DNA of 64,000 nucleotides from Perkinsela sp. CCAP 1560/9 (lineage: Eukaryota; Protista; Euglenozoa: Kinetoplastea), in assembly GCA_965644495.1 (NCBI GenBank), contig CBFFSA010000003.1:124001-188000 (forward strand). Reading direction: 5' to 3'. The position numbers and the translations under genes were made by a program. Below are positions 32,406 to 43,350 of this stretch, piece by piece. Under the pieces are notes generated by a model. The model was given only the letters and a program-made list of their open reading frames with translations. It was not told the origin of the DNA and ran no database searches. Numbering within the stretch: the first letter of the stretch is position 1; every line of letters begins with the position of its first letter.

Positions 32406-33644
32406 TCACGGGCTTAAGAGCATAAGAATGACTACCAAACAAGCACAAATGGTGAAAGGACAAGCGACGTAAAGAAAGAATATCAATAAAGAGACCTCGT
32501 GGGTCATGTAGTGCCGCATGCTGAAGATAAGACCAAGCTGGATCGCTGTTGGACAACATACCTGGACGAGATACACGAGATGCAGCACACGCCATCGGGG
32601 CAATGTACTGCGAAATAGGTAAAAGAAAGACAGGCCCAAACCAAGCGGAACGACAAGAAGACGCAGTACGGTGACGACAAACACAACCCTGGGAGGAAGA
32701 GGAAAGGGTTTAGCAGGAGTGCTGCCCTGTACTTCGGAATTCGAGACTGTGCCTTCCCTACTCTCCGATACCTCTTTCCGTACCTCTAGGAAAGTGAGAT
32801 AGAGATTAGCTCCAAGGAGAACGAGAGTCAGGGGAACGGTACCCTCCCCGACCACGCGCAGAGCGGCATAGAACACATAGAGATATCCACTCTCTGAGTC
32901 GGTAAAGTGCCGCTGTAGCGAGGGTATGGCTAAGACAATAAGCGTTAGAATCGCGGCGACAAAGGGCGCATTGACGCACTGTCTTAAAATCTCGAAAGTG
33001 CTTTTGTGTTTCAGGCAAAAGCTGGACCACCAGGCTCTTAGCGTTTTTGTTGTCGACGCGGATCCATTTTGCTGCGCATCACTCTGCCCTTCCTGTCCAT
33101 TCGTGACCAAAAGCGTTCCCTCCTCGAAGCTACTGATTCGTTTCCTTTGCTCTTTTTTCTCATATTCAATGACATAAGTCCCTATGAACCACATAAATGG
33201 AGTCATGAATACATGAAACACGAAGCACAATGAAATGGCCAATTCCAGATCTTCCCGAATCCACGGGATATTGGTTGCCAGAGATTGCAGGATATTGATA
33301 GGAAAACTGATTGTGTTGTTGAACGTTACACACAACATAGCGAGAGGTCGAAACTTCGTCGGAAGAAGACAAGTGGCCGCGAGAAAGGTCAGCAGTGAGG
33401 AACCCACCACAACGTAACACACACAAACCGGAAGTAGCCATGAGTCCTCAAGCTGATGAATACTGAGAGCACCCACAATCGATGAGAATGTAAGTGCCGG
33501 GGTCATAATGGTGGCACTTACCTGGGCGATGGCCGATAGAGCCTTCTTCTCCGGTTTGCACACCCACGCAAAGTACACCCCGCTGGCGACAATAAGCATA
33601 AGCTTTACCACAGCGGTAACGACGTGGACCGCAACTTGGATCAT
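32406..33644 (-). CDS. Auxin-efflux-carrier (PILS/Mem_trans) family membrane transporter
   Basis: PALTFSSI, FNNTISFP, NAPFVA, GEGTVPLTLVLLGANL, RLLVVP, PTAIQL; 5+5 TM arrangement with a central loop. Confidence 0.88.
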   Translation of the reverse strand: MIQVAVHVVTAVVKLMLIVASGVYFAWVCKPEKKALSAIAQVSATIMTPALTFSSIVGALSIHQLEDSWLLPVCVCYVVVGSSLLTFLAATCLLPTKFRPLAMLCVTFNNTISFPINILQSLATNIPWIREDLELAISLCFVFHVFMTPFMWFIGTYVIEYEKKEQRKRISSFEEGTLLVTNGQEGQSDAQQNGSASTTKTLRAWWSSFCLKHKSTFEILRQCVNAPFVAAILTLIVLAIPSLQRHFTDSESGYLYVFYAALRVVGEGTVPLTLVLLGANLYLTFLEVRKEVSESREGTVSNSEVQGSTPAKPFPLPPRVVFVVTVLRLLVVPLGLGLSFFYLFRSTLPRWRVLHLVYLVQVCCPTAIQLGLIFSMRHYMTHEVSLLIFFLYVACPFTICACLVVILMLLSP

Positions 33645-33883
33645 TCTCAAGTGACTTTGTGATGTGTAGATGCGAACGACGTGAAAACGGGAGATTTACT
33701 GAAAGGTGATCAGTAGTGCGTGAAATCTCATATCCACGGGTATAAGAATAGGTAAACTTCTTCTTAGTGGTATTCCATTGAGATTACAATCATCTTGCAC
33801 TTCGAAATGTGATGCATACAAATACATGTATCATGTAAGACAAAAAATCGCCTACATTTTGTCCCCAACAGAACCTCCCAGGG

Positions 33884-35854
33884 CTACGCCGACGTCAGAT
33901 GCCCCACGGAATCTACACTGCCCTCTTCCGGCCCCCCAACCTCCCTTTCCTCCGCACCTCGTCCCCTCACCCCTCGACGGTATACATCCCCGCATACATC
34001 CCCGGTATACATCCCCGCATTCCGGGCTCGAAACACATCCCGGGGACTCACCTCTACCCCCTCAGGGTAGCTTGCCGCAACCTCCTCCTCCTTCCCCACC
34101 CTCTCCCGGTCCCTCTCCCGTACCCTCACCGCTCTCCTCCGGCTCAACTCCAACACGTAGCGCTGGGGATCCAGCCGCATCCGGAGATACTCCCCCTCCC
34201 CATCTTCCTCCGGACAAAAATCCCCATCTCCCCCCGCACTCGCCTGCTGCCCCTCCAGCACCGACGCCAGCCGTGTCTTTATGTCACGCACGGAGCTCCC
34301 GGTGAGCTCCGCGCACTCCCGCAGCACTCTCCGCTGGTACGCCCCCAGCCGCCTCCGGTGCCATTGCCGGGTCAGCACCTCCGGGGCCTCCGCCCCCGGC
34401 ACCCCGTGGAGGAACCCGAAGTGCGCCATCGCCTCCACGGGGTGCAGCACCCAGAGCTCCGCGCGGAGAGAGCCGCGGAGACGCTGGAGGAACGCAGGGG
34501 ACTCATTATAGTTATTAGAATTACCATTTCTATTTATATTTCTATTCTTCTTGTGGTTATTATAGTTTATATTTTCGTGGTTGGTAAAATGAAACGGTTG
34601 ACTTCCGAGGGGGTGGGATGTCGTGGGCTCGGCATTCTGCATCGGGGCATCGAAATAGTCCAGCACGACCCAACGACGGTTGTGTTTGATTTCGTACTCG
34701 ACGGGGTGCGGGCGGGAGGGCTCGAGAAGGGTTCGGAAGTTGGAGGTTAGCACGACCGCGAGCCCCCCGGGTCGGAGATGGGACCCGGCATGCTCGAAGA
34801 AGTGCTCGATCTCCCCATCGATCCCCGCGAGCCCGGGGGCGTAGGGGGTTTCGTGGGATTCGTACTGGGTTAAGGAGAGTAAATCCGGAGTGTAGACGAC
34901 ACAGTCAAACGGGAGGGCGTAGCTCGCGCGCGGGGATCGGCTGTTGGGGGGCTTGGTGTTCGAGGGGTCGACCGGGAGCGCGGGGAACATATCTGCGGTT
35001 TGAAATTGTAGCCGGCTACGGGTGGAGGTGTCGGAGAGTCGCCGGACATCCCGGAGCATGCCTTCGAGTGCACGGGGATTGGGGTCCGTACTGAGCAGGT
35101 TGATTTTTTTAAACCGGCTGAGGGCGAAAGGGAGGACACCGCAACCTACGTTGAGACATAGTACCCGCTGCAGCCTTAACGGGTTGTGCATGCAGGTGAA
35201 CCATTTTATGAATAAAGCCACGTGTTGGAGATGAACGGGTTTCGGTAGCCGTACGCCGAAAAGCGGATGGAGTCGAAGGTTGCTTAAAAGAGAGGGGAAA
35301 TTCACCCCATTGCGCCAGGCCGCGAAGTGATCCACCAGCGAGAGGTAGTCACGTACGGAGAGGTGCGTGTGAGCGGCTGCGGGGTAGGCCTTTTCAGCGA
35401 ATTCGATAAAGTCACGATAGATGCTCTCATTCCAGTGGGTCTCCTCGAAATAGAACAAATGGCGGTAGAACGTCGTGTTCTTGTCTTTTTCACGAAAATC
35501 ACGAAGCAGCCAAAAGGAGCGATCAAGGACGAGCCGTTCATAGGTCGCGGTTGCCGTCGCTTGTTGAAAGACCAGAGACGGGAGATCGATGGCAGGATGC
35601 TCCAGCGCAGAGAGCTGCGTTAAATACTTTTGCTACTTATCCGCCATTTCTAACGAGTGGTTGACTTGAACGTAGTGACCCTGTCGCAGGGAGGCGTAGA
35701 CGGAGTCGTAGGTGTCAAGATGGGGGTCTAAAAGCCGTACCCCGTGGGTCTCGGGGTCCAACGTGTCCTGGGGATGAATCACGAGATGACGGGAAGAAAA
35801 GACACGGAGGGGGTGAGAGGGGGTGAGAGGGCGGCGAAAGAGCTGTGTCCACAT
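33884..35854 (-). CDS. Class I SAM-methyltransferase-fold protein with a presequence-like N-terminus; one in-frame TAG at 35633-35635
   Basis: ORFs 35633-35854 and 33884-35458 are in the same frame (396 nt apart), joined by a stop-free linker after the TAG; motifs VLCLNVGCGVL, STDPNPRA, FDCVVY, HLRPGG. Confidence 0.75.
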
Positions 35855-36111
35855 GGGGGATAGGAGAGATAGGGGTAAGGGGAAAGGGCATAGACGGACA
35901 AAGAGGAAATTTTAGGGGGAGTAAGGTTTTTATGTGTTACAGAGAGTTAGGATGAGGTTCGCTCCTCTGCATTTTCGTGTAAACTTACGTAGAATTTATG
36001 AAACTTGTATAAAAAATAACGGAAGTAAAGAATTTGGTACATTTTTTTTTGTGGCATCCGGTGAGTTGTTCTCAAACCACCCATGACGCGATTCGCACCC
36101 GCATTGTCCCC

Positions 36112-37050
36112 TCACTGAAAAATCTCATTTAACGGATCCAACGCGGGCAACGGAGGGCATGCTGCATTTCGCTGCTTTCTTTGCTTCTTTGCCTCACTAC
36201 GTGCTCGGTAACTATACGTCTTGGCGTGCGATTCGACTTGTCTCGCATGAGGAGAGGGGACTTTGTTCTTCCAAAGCACATTTCCCCCACACAGCTTATC
36301 CACCAGCAGCCGGGGGTACAACACGAAACGAGGACCAATCTCCATCACGTCCTTCCCGTCCGTGGTGAACTGGTAGTTCCGAAACCACACACACCCATCA
36401 AAGAAGAAAAAGCAATACATATGGTCATGAAACGGTTTCGCACGGGGATGGTCCTTGGGGGTACCGAAGCACATGGTGAGCAGAACTTGTAGCACTTTTA
36501 AATGAGGCTGTAGGGTAAATTCATTGTCAAAATGCAACAGTGGGCGAGAATACTTTAGACAGTTTCCTGTACGGCTGAGCTCTGCAGCAGTCGAGATCGA
36601 GACCAAGGAAAACAAGGCGGAGGGACCCTTGGGGGATTGCCCGATCCAGAGATCCGTTTCGCTCTTTCGCGGGTTAAGCAGTACCGTCGTGTTGCATTGG
36701 TACAGCGAGGTGAGTTCAGACATCACCGTTCCGAGCCCGGCATGGAGTTTTATTTTGCTCGTCCCTCGGCTGTGAGGTAACATCTCGTGGAAATCTTTTA
36801 TGAGACAACGTTCTTTTTTAGAGATCGCTCGGGTGCCGAGTATAAGGCATCGCTGCTTGTTTGCGCCCACCGACGCGGATTGAGCCCTTCGCAAGGATAC
36901 GTCCTGCACCATCGAGGTGGCTGCGTCATCGGATTCGATACTTGTGTTTTCTGATTCAGGATCGGTCTCGGATGCTTCTGACGATTTATCAAGTGTTGGG
37001 GTCTTTCGTTTGCGAGCCATAAGTTTTGAGACACTTTCACTAACTAACAT
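36112..37050 (-). CDS. BRX1: Ribosome biogenesis protein BRX1 (Brix domain)
   Basis: GPSALF, TGNCLKYSRPLLHFD, FGTPKDHPRAKPFHDH, WFRNYQ, EIGPRFVL. Confidence 0.95.
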   Translation of the reverse strand: MLVSESVSKLMARKRKTPTLDKSSEASETDPESENTSIESDDAATSMVQDVSLRRAQSASVGANKQRCLILGTRAISKKERCLIKDFHEMLPHSRGTSKIKLHAGLGTVMSELTSLYQCNTTVLLNPRKSETDLWIGQSPKGPSALFSLVSISTAAELSRTGNCLKYSRPLLHFDNEFTLQPHLKVLQVLLTMCFGTPKDHPRAKPFHDHMYCFFFFDGCVWFRNYQFTTDGKDVMEIGPRFVLYPRLLVDKLCGGNVLWKNKVPSPHARQVESHAKTYSYRARSEAKKQRKQRNAACPPLPALDPLNEIFQ

Positions 37051-37235
37051 TTTTGGGTTTCCTGTGTAAGATTAGTATTATGGAACGATCACTACCATAA
37101 ACAATTCTTTAATATGATTTGCTTACTTTTACGTAACTCCTTGTCCCGCCTAATTTAAAATAGATAAACAGAAGTACGAACCTTAAGTGTTTAGTACCCT
37201 TTTTTATTAGCTGACAGTGGTCCTATCTTAAACTT

Positions 37236-38021
37236 TTACAAGTGCAAGCCACTAGTCTTTAACCCTTCGGCATAATTTTCTATCCTCTTACTTTGCAGGT
37301 AAGGATATGAGACATCCCAATCAAGCGTGACGTGGGCGTTTAGCATAGCATCCAATGATACAGATGCAGGTTGATGCAAGAACATCTCCTCGAACACAAC
37401 TTCTGACTTTTCTCGCTTGAGGATTTCGTAGGATGCCCTAAAAATAACTTGCTGCACGTAATTCGCCAAGTAATAAAGAAGAGGAAGCGTAACTCGAACA
37501 AACTCTTCGATTTTGTGATCCACCTCATGCTTATCGTTTTTCTTTTTTGAAATGAACTCGAGGTCGTCTAGTCGGTTTCGTATATGGCGTAATACCGGCT
37601 CGGGCAATAATTCCGTGATTTGATGTAGCGATCTTCGTAAATTGGGTAACGTTTGCGTAATAACTTGTTGAACATTTTCTTCAGACAAAGTGAGCCATTT
37701 ATGGCCAACTGACAAGGTCGAGGAAGGCAAGGTTTTTGCCTTTTTCGACCCTTTCGAGGGCCTTTCTCTTTGTTCCAGTTTTTCGCATTCTTGATTCATT
37801 CGATCACAGAGGTGCATTACTCCCAATCTTAGTTGGCTAAGGCATAAAATAAGTTGTACAGGCGGAGGTAGAGTGCACACATCCTCCGTGTTTTTCGAGT
37901 TGACCTCATCCGAGGGTGGGGCTATTATGGAGCACAGAATATTATCGTAGACAGCATTTTGTGATTTCCATGCTTTATGGGCATAGTGCACAATTTGCCA
38001 AGACAACAAATCAGAAGACAT
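37236..38021 (-). CDS. Hypothetical helical protein
   Basis: ~260-aa ORF in the cluster orientation, ATG at 38021; no recognisable motif. Confidence 0.65.
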   Translation of the reverse strand: MSSDLLSWQIVHYAHKAWKSQNAVYDNILCSIIAPPSDEVNSKNTEDVCTLPPPVQLILCLSQLRLGVMHLCDRMNQECEKLEQRERPSKGSKKAKTLPSSTLSVGHKWLTLSEENVQQVITQTLPNLRRSLHQITELLPEPVLRHIRNRLDDLEFISKKKNDKHEVDHKIEEFVRVTLPLLYYLANYVQQVIFRASYEILKREKSEVVFEEMFLHQPASVSLDAMLNAHVTLDWDVSYPYLQSKRIENYAEGLKTSGLHL

Positions 38022-38263
38022 TGGTAAGAAGGATACGAATTTCAATCTTGACCAAATCTAGTAGTAAAGCCCTGGTTGAAGAATACCAAACGAAATTATA
38101 TTCCTTTGTGTTTTGTCACTAAAAAGGCAGGTTCTACACATTTCACAAACGTTTTTACCCCTTCGGATAAAAGATTTTCACAATCATTACAATTATGGTT
38201 AAATCACTTGCCTACACTATGATCGGCATACTCCATCACAGTGCATGCCTCCCGCCTCCGTCC

Positions 38264-40189
38264 TCAGGACTGATTCCCATGCAGCAGCGCCTTTATCATT
38301 TGCTGTCGCAGCACACACTCCGTACCCTGCGAAGTGTTCTCCCCGAGCGGAATCCGTACCCCGTTATCATCATAGTACGCCCGTAGTACCGCTAAATACA
38401 TCTCCTTGGCCACTTCCGTGACGGGAAGCACTGAAGGGAGCGCTACCTCCGGACCCTTCTTCTTGCCCGCCCCCCGCTGCTGGGACTCCACTAAAATATG
38501 AACCCCACTCACGGAGGTACGGAACAGGTACCGCACCAACTCGACCCGCCGCTTTTGATTCCACGCCGCAAGCTGAGCGTGTGGTTCAATCGCAAACGAC
38601 AGCGCGGAGTTTATTTTATTCGAAGCAAATTCGACATTTCCCGGAGGTCCGAGAAATTCGAGTCGTGCTAACGAGGCAAGAATACTGATGCTATTTCCCA
38701 AGGTCGTTTCATGGACCATATTCGGGAGCAGGACAATGATCTCCTGCATCAACGGGCGAAGTTCAAAAATGGCCGGACACAGCGTCGGGGGACGGCTGGC
38801 ATCACTGACAAGCGTTGAAAGCCCACTCAGGAGTAAGGCTAGATCCGAGGGCTTGGCCTCCGGAAGCAACCCCTTAACGTGCCGGAGAAGTGAAACAAAC
38901 TCCTCAGGGGGGTACACTTTTAAATGTACCATGGCGTTCAGCAACCGGCAGGTATCGCTGATCGTCGTGGCATCGTGATGCGAGGGGAGGGTGAGGGAAT
39001 CCGAAATCGGACCCTCGGAGGCCGCGTAGCCCGGAAACCGGACCCGTAAAAACTGAGCCGCAAACAACCGCACGTAGGTTTGGTTATAAAAATGCGTATT
39101 CCGCAGCGCCTGCAGCGCATCCACCAGTATCCGCGGGGAGGTATCCGCGAGTTGTGCCCCCAGCGCACGGCAACAGGCATTGTACATCCCTTTATGGTCA
39201 ATCTTATAATACGCCCCCGCGCGCAGCACATACAGCACCTCCAACTGGGAATACCCCTCCCCTCTCCGCATCACGTCCTCCAGCAACCTCTGCACCTCCC
39301 CCGCCATCCCATGCAGCACCTCCCCCGCCTTCCCATACTGCACCGCCTCCACACTGTGCCACAGCCGGGCGTAGTCCGTAAACGTGGCCATCCCGCGGGT
39401 CGCGGCAAACCCCCCGAGCAGCGCGGCCCACATCCCGGGGTGCGCCACCCGGACCCGGGCGAACGCCAGCCCCACCGTCGCCACCTCCCCCGGGGCCATC
39501 TCCCCCGCGAGCTGCGCGACCCGCGGGGCCAACCGCTGCATGGTGTCCGTGAAGTTCCCCGGGAGCAGCGCGGCGAGAGCACTCACCACCGGGAGCACCC
39601 CCTCCACGGGGAGCTCATACCCGCGGTCCGCCAGCAGCGTGAACAGCGACTCCACGAGCTGGGGGACGGCCTCCCCGAGGTGGAAGTAGCTGATGCAGGA
39701 GGCGAGTCGCGCGGCCTGGGCCACCGAGAGGGCCCGGGGCCGGGCGTGCGACGGGAGGTTCTTGAGGAGACGGTCCAGCGCGAGACGGGCTTGGCTGAGG
39801 AGAGTGGGGTCGTGGGGGGGAGGAGTCGTAGTGGTAGTGGTAGGAGTCGTAGGAGTCGTAGAGTTGTGGTGATGGGGAAGCGTAGTAGGCGTCGTAGGAG
39901 TGGTCGTAGTAGGATTTGTAGAGTTGTGGTGATGGGGAGTCATACGAAGGCTACGCTCGTGTTGCTGTTTCAGTAGGGTGAGTCGGGTTACGGTGGTGGC
40001 TGCGATGGTTTCGTAAAAGGATTGGGTCTCAGCGAGGGGGGAGGGGGAGGGGGGGGTGTCGTCGAGGGTGGGGGGAGGGGGGGGAGGGGGGCGTCGGGAG
40101 GGGGAGGAGGAGGGGAGGGTGGAGGGGTTGGCGTGGATTTTGGCACGCATGCGAATCCATTGCTGCCATTGTTGTTTGATGGGGTTCAT
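38264..40189 (-). CDS. Alpha-solenoid protein resembling kinetoplastid mitochondrial RNA-binding (RESC/MRB, FAST/HPR-like) proteins; Pro/Thr/His low-complexity N-terminus
   Basis: Helical repeats such as EMAPGEVATVGLAFARVRV, DTSPRILVDALQAL, EAKPSDLALLLSGL. Confidence 0.65.
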   Translation of the reverse strand: MNPIKQQWQQWIRMRAKIHANPSTLPSSSPSRRPPPPPPPTLDDTPPSPSPLAETQSFYETIAATTVTRLTLLKQQHERSLRMTPHHHNSTNPTTTTPTTPTTLPHHHNSTTPTTPTTTTTTPPPHDPTLLSQARLALDRLLKNLPSHARPRALSVAQAARLASCISYFHLGEAVPQLVESLFTLLADRGYELPVEGVLPVVSALAALLPGNFTDTMQRLAPRVAQLAGEMAPGEVATVGLAFARVRVAHPGMWAALLGGFAATRGMATFTDYARLWHSVEAVQYGKAGEVLHGMAGEVQRLLEDVMRRGEGYSQLEVLYVLRAGAYYKIDHKGMYNACCRALGAQLADTSPRILVDALQALRNTHFYNQTYVRLFAAQFLRVRFPGYAASEGPISDSLTLPSHHDATTISDTCRLLNAMVHLKVYPPEEFVSLLRHVKGLLPEAKPSDLALLLSGLSTLVSDASRPPTLCPAIFELRPLMQEIIVLLPNMVHETTLGNSISILASLARLEFLGPPGNVEFASNKINSALSFAIEPHAQLAAWNQKRRVELVRYLFRTSVSGVHILVESQQRGAGKKKGPEVALPSVLPVTEVAKEMYLAVLRAYYDDNGVRIPLGENTSQGTECVLRQQMIKALLHGNQS

Positions 40190-40401
40190 GGGAGGGGGTG
40201 GGGGTGGGGTGGGAGGTAAAGGGGTGAGGTGGGGAAGAGGGTAGAACTAGAGAAGGGAAAAGGTGGGTGGGAGAGGGTGTTGTGGTGGTTCAGGAGATAA
40301 AGTTTAGGGTAGGAAAGGAGATGGAAATGCATTTAAAAGAATAAGGTTATGGCCTTGATCCATCAGATCAGATCAAATCAATATACCTGCATGAGTTGGA
40401 A

Positions 40402-43350
40402 TCACCCCGTAGCCTGGGACTCGGCGTGTGCCCCTATCCGCTCTTGTTGCTCCTTTTTAAGTTGCTCCAGTTCCTCTTCCGCGGTTTGCATTTGGGAAAA
40501 GAGCTTCTGTTTGAGCTCTGGAAAGCTCTTCAGCTGGTCCGCACTTAGACTTGCGTTTCCCTCCTTCTCCAAGTGCAGCATCAAGAACTTAATCGTTGCT
40601 GGGCGCTGGTAGGGTGGAAAATTCGCATAAGCCTGTAACAACCGGAACATGTTCGCTGGTGTCGACGAGCGTGCGGACTTATAGGCTCGAGAAAAAAGCG
40701 GGGCGAGCAGCCGAGAAGTGCCCAGTCGCATGACCGCAAAACATTCCAGAATGTCTAAACTGAGACTCGAAGTTAGTGAGGTCTCCAAGTAGGCCAGCCG
40801 CGTATTCACCGCAGAGATGAGCTTATGGTTAAAGACGCGTGAAATCGTAAACGCTTGCAGGATGACCACCGTCTCCTTGAGCGAGGCCCCACCGAGGTGT
40901 TCCTGTATGGTGGGCAACACCTCGTGACACAGCGCACTGCAGGGCTCTTGCAGCGTCGCAAAACCATGCAGCAGTAGATGTACCTCCGCCGTGGAGAGAT
41001 GCTCTTTAAGCTCCAACACACGATGGGTAACAACCGCAAAGAGCTCTGCGTTTTTCACCGAGACGGTTGCGAATCCTTTCATTACGCTGCAGCAGGTGCG
41101 AAGGGAGAGGCTGGGGCCAAAGGCAATCGCCCGCAGCGCTAACTCGTCGAAAATATCTTTTGATGTCTTTAAGTTTACCGTAGAACATGTGTAGATCAGT
41201 TCCCCCACGTCGGCTTCTTTTAACTCTTGACGTTTGGCAAGCGCCAGGGTGATTATCGAGCTGTAGGCCTCAGTGTCGCGAAAGCCCAGCTTGGAGAGAC
41301 AAGTAAGGATGAGGACGAGATCTCTCCCACCAAAATGAGGGGCTAATTCAATAATTCTTTTGGAATAGGAGTGCACCAGACGTTTGCTTCGCAGCGGCCG
41401 CAGTGCGGCTGCCGCGAGAAGGCGTAGTGTGTCCTTCGGGGAGCACTCCGAGGCAATGTTCAAACACCGATCAATGAGATTGGAAAGCGCGATGGTATTA
41501 TCCGCATAAAGAGGCACTCGCATGTAGATTAGAAAAAGATTGACAAGCACGGTGGGGTGAGTATTTCGGCGGGTGGCAGAGGTCTCGATCTCGGATCGCA
41601 TCGTCGTAAACACGGCATGACCGGCCATATCCATCGTCGCAAGACAGCGCAGTGCCTTGCATAGATCCGCACTGTTCATCTCTTTTCCATGCGTTGCTAC
41701 ATAGTCTGCCAGTGTCGATATGAAAGACTTTTCGAGATAAGTGGATTCCCCTGCTTCGATAGCTTGGAGGAAAACAAGAAAATGGCTAGGTTTGAGAGTG
41801 TGCAAATGCTTCGTGACAAACTTGGAAAGTGTTTGAGCAGAACTTGCCTTGTTTTCCCCTTCCGCGCAAAAACATGCGTTTATGGCAATAAACACCACCT
41901 CATCGGAGCTTTCGAGTTGCTCTGAATGTTCAATTAGGTGCTGCAGATAATGTCGCATAGGAGTGGTGGGAAGTAGTCCTAAGTCAAGGCAGTTCCGCAA
42001 CAAATTCAGTTTAGCTGCACGTGAAAGGTATTTGTCGTCGGTTTCAAATAACGGGGATATTTTATCCACAAAGGCTGTAAAGACATTACCTTGTCGAAGA
42101 GGACTTTCTTTCAATTCATCCGCGACAGAACGGAGGAGATGAAGCAGAAGTTCAAGAACGCACATGTTAACTCCGGAAATGAAACGTACTTCTTTCTTCA
42201 GAGGTGCACGATGAGAACACATTTTTTGTATGTCTTCGAATCGTTCATTTTCCGAATTTGCATCGAGCACGTTGAGCTGCAATGCTCGTTTGGTCAACCG
42301 GAAAGCAGTCTTTAGATTTATAGTAATCTCGGACAGCGTCTCATGCATCCAGCAGACCAACTCAAACCAGTCCGCAGCACTCTGTACGCGAGAGCTGCGT
42401 TGCTCGTAATTCTTCAATAGCCTTTCGTTCGGAAGACCAATCTTCTTATCAATGCAGACGCGCAGAAAGGTTTGAATTTGTGGCCACGTCATGAGATCTG
42501 TGTTTAAATGTTCCAAAAATCGATGAACCACATCACGTTTGAATGGTGGGTACGAAAAAATATGCAAAAGTAACGGCAAAGGAAGCGTAAATTTTAGCCC
42601 GAGAACTCTAGTCTCCAAATGTGCGTTAATTCGAACATGCTCTGTGTGTCCGCTGACATTCAGGCATTCGATGATACGAGCCACGTCCATCGGATCCACG
42701 ACTTGCCTCCAGTGAATGCAAAGTTTCTCGCAAAGTAGTTGAACTGTTTGCCTGTCACCTATGTGATTCTGATGCAAAACGGTTAAAACGGGAAAGCCTT
42801 TGCAGAGTACCGAAATGCGCATCATTTTAAGATATCCGACGGCAAATTTCATAATGTCGGACAGCATCTCGACGACTGCCCTTCTTGTCTCACCGGAAAT
42901 GCTGAGCGTGTCAGCGGCTTGTAAAAGTACTTTGGCGAGTGAGCCTGCGGATTCCAAGGCGTGCGAAGTTGATTCTGGTCCTGGAGTCTTGTGCCACCAG
43001 AGAAAAGTGGTCCGAAAATACGGGACCAGACCATCTAACTCATCGGCTCCATAAATTTCACATAAAAGATTCAGATAAGATGCAAGTAAATGATGAGATA
43101 GGCCTTGGAGGTCTTCTACGTGACTTGGCCAATGTGAAAGCGGTTTCAACTTTGGTGTCTCCTCGGTTTCGGATGTAGTCGCTGGACTACCGGTTTTTGG
43201 GCTCTCTAAATCTTTTTTAGCAAGGTTTTCTAACTCAGCAACGAGTTGTGGAAGGTTATTTAGTTTTTTGCTTTGCACTTCCGGTGTAGAACTCGAGTAA
43301 AAACGCAATCCAATTCCTTGAAAATTATGTTTCGAAGACTTCAAACGCAT
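40402..43350 (-). CDS. Large alpha-solenoid mitochondrial RNA-binding-like protein (RESC/MRB, FAST/HPR-like repeats)
   Basis: Likely start MRLKSSK at 43350 with presequence (LRFYSS); repeats MNSADLCKALRCLA, FGGRDLVLILTCLSKLGFRD, LSTAEVHLLLHGFA. Confidence 0.7.
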   Translation of the reverse strand: MRLKSSKHNFQGIGLRFYSSSTPEVQSKKLNNLPQLVAELENLAKKDLESPKTGSPATTSETEETPKLKPLSHWPSHVEDLQGLSHHLLASYLNLLCEIYGADELDGLVPYFRTTFLWWHKTPGPESTSHALESAGSLAKVLLQAADTLSISGETRRAVVEMLSDIMKFAVGYLKMMRISVLCKGFPVLTVLHQNHIGDRQTVQLLCEKLCIHWRQVVDPMDVARIIECLNVSGHTEHVRINAHLETRVLGLKFTLPLPLLLHIFSYPPFKRDVVHRFLEHLNTDLMTWPQIQTFLRVCIDKKIGLPNERLLKNYEQRSSRVQSAADWFELVCWMHETLSEITINLKTAFRLTKRALQLNVLDANSENERFEDIQKMCSHRAPLKKEVRFISGVNMCVLELLLHLLRSVADELKESPLRQGNVFTAFVDKISPLFETDDKYLSRAAKLNLLRNCLDLGLLPTTPMRHYLQHLIEHSEQLESSDEVVFIAINACFCAEGENKASSAQTLSKFVTKHLHTLKPSHFLVFLQAIEAGESTYLEKSFISTLADYVATHGKEMNSADLCKALRCLATMDMAGHAVFTTMRSEIETSATRRNTHPTVLVNLFLIYMRVPLYADNTIALSNLIDRCLNIASECSPKDTLRLLAAAALRPLRSKRLVHSYSKRIIELAPHFGGRDLVLILTCLSKLGFRDTEAYSSIITLALAKRQELKEADVGELIYTCSTVNLKTSKDIFDELALRAIAFGPSLSLRTCCSVMKGFATVSVKNAELFAVVTHRVLELKEHLSTAEVHLLLHGFATLQEPCSALCHEVLPTIQEHLGGASLKETVVILQAFTISRVFNHKLISAVNTRLAYLETSLTSSLSLDILECFAVMRLGTSRLLAPLFSRAYKSARSSTPANMFRLLQAYANFPPYQRPATIKFLMLHLEKEGNASLSADQLKSFPELKQKLFSQMQTAEEELEQLKKEQQERIGAHAESQATG

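Noticed and set aside
34500-34590. AT-rich patch in a GC-rich gene as a possible intron
   Set aside because: It reads in frame as an Asn-rich linker and has no GT-AG boundaries at the composition shift.
33778-34750. Pro-rich plus-strand ORFs (also 39080-39976)
   Set aside because: Antisense shadows of GC-rich minus-strand genes.
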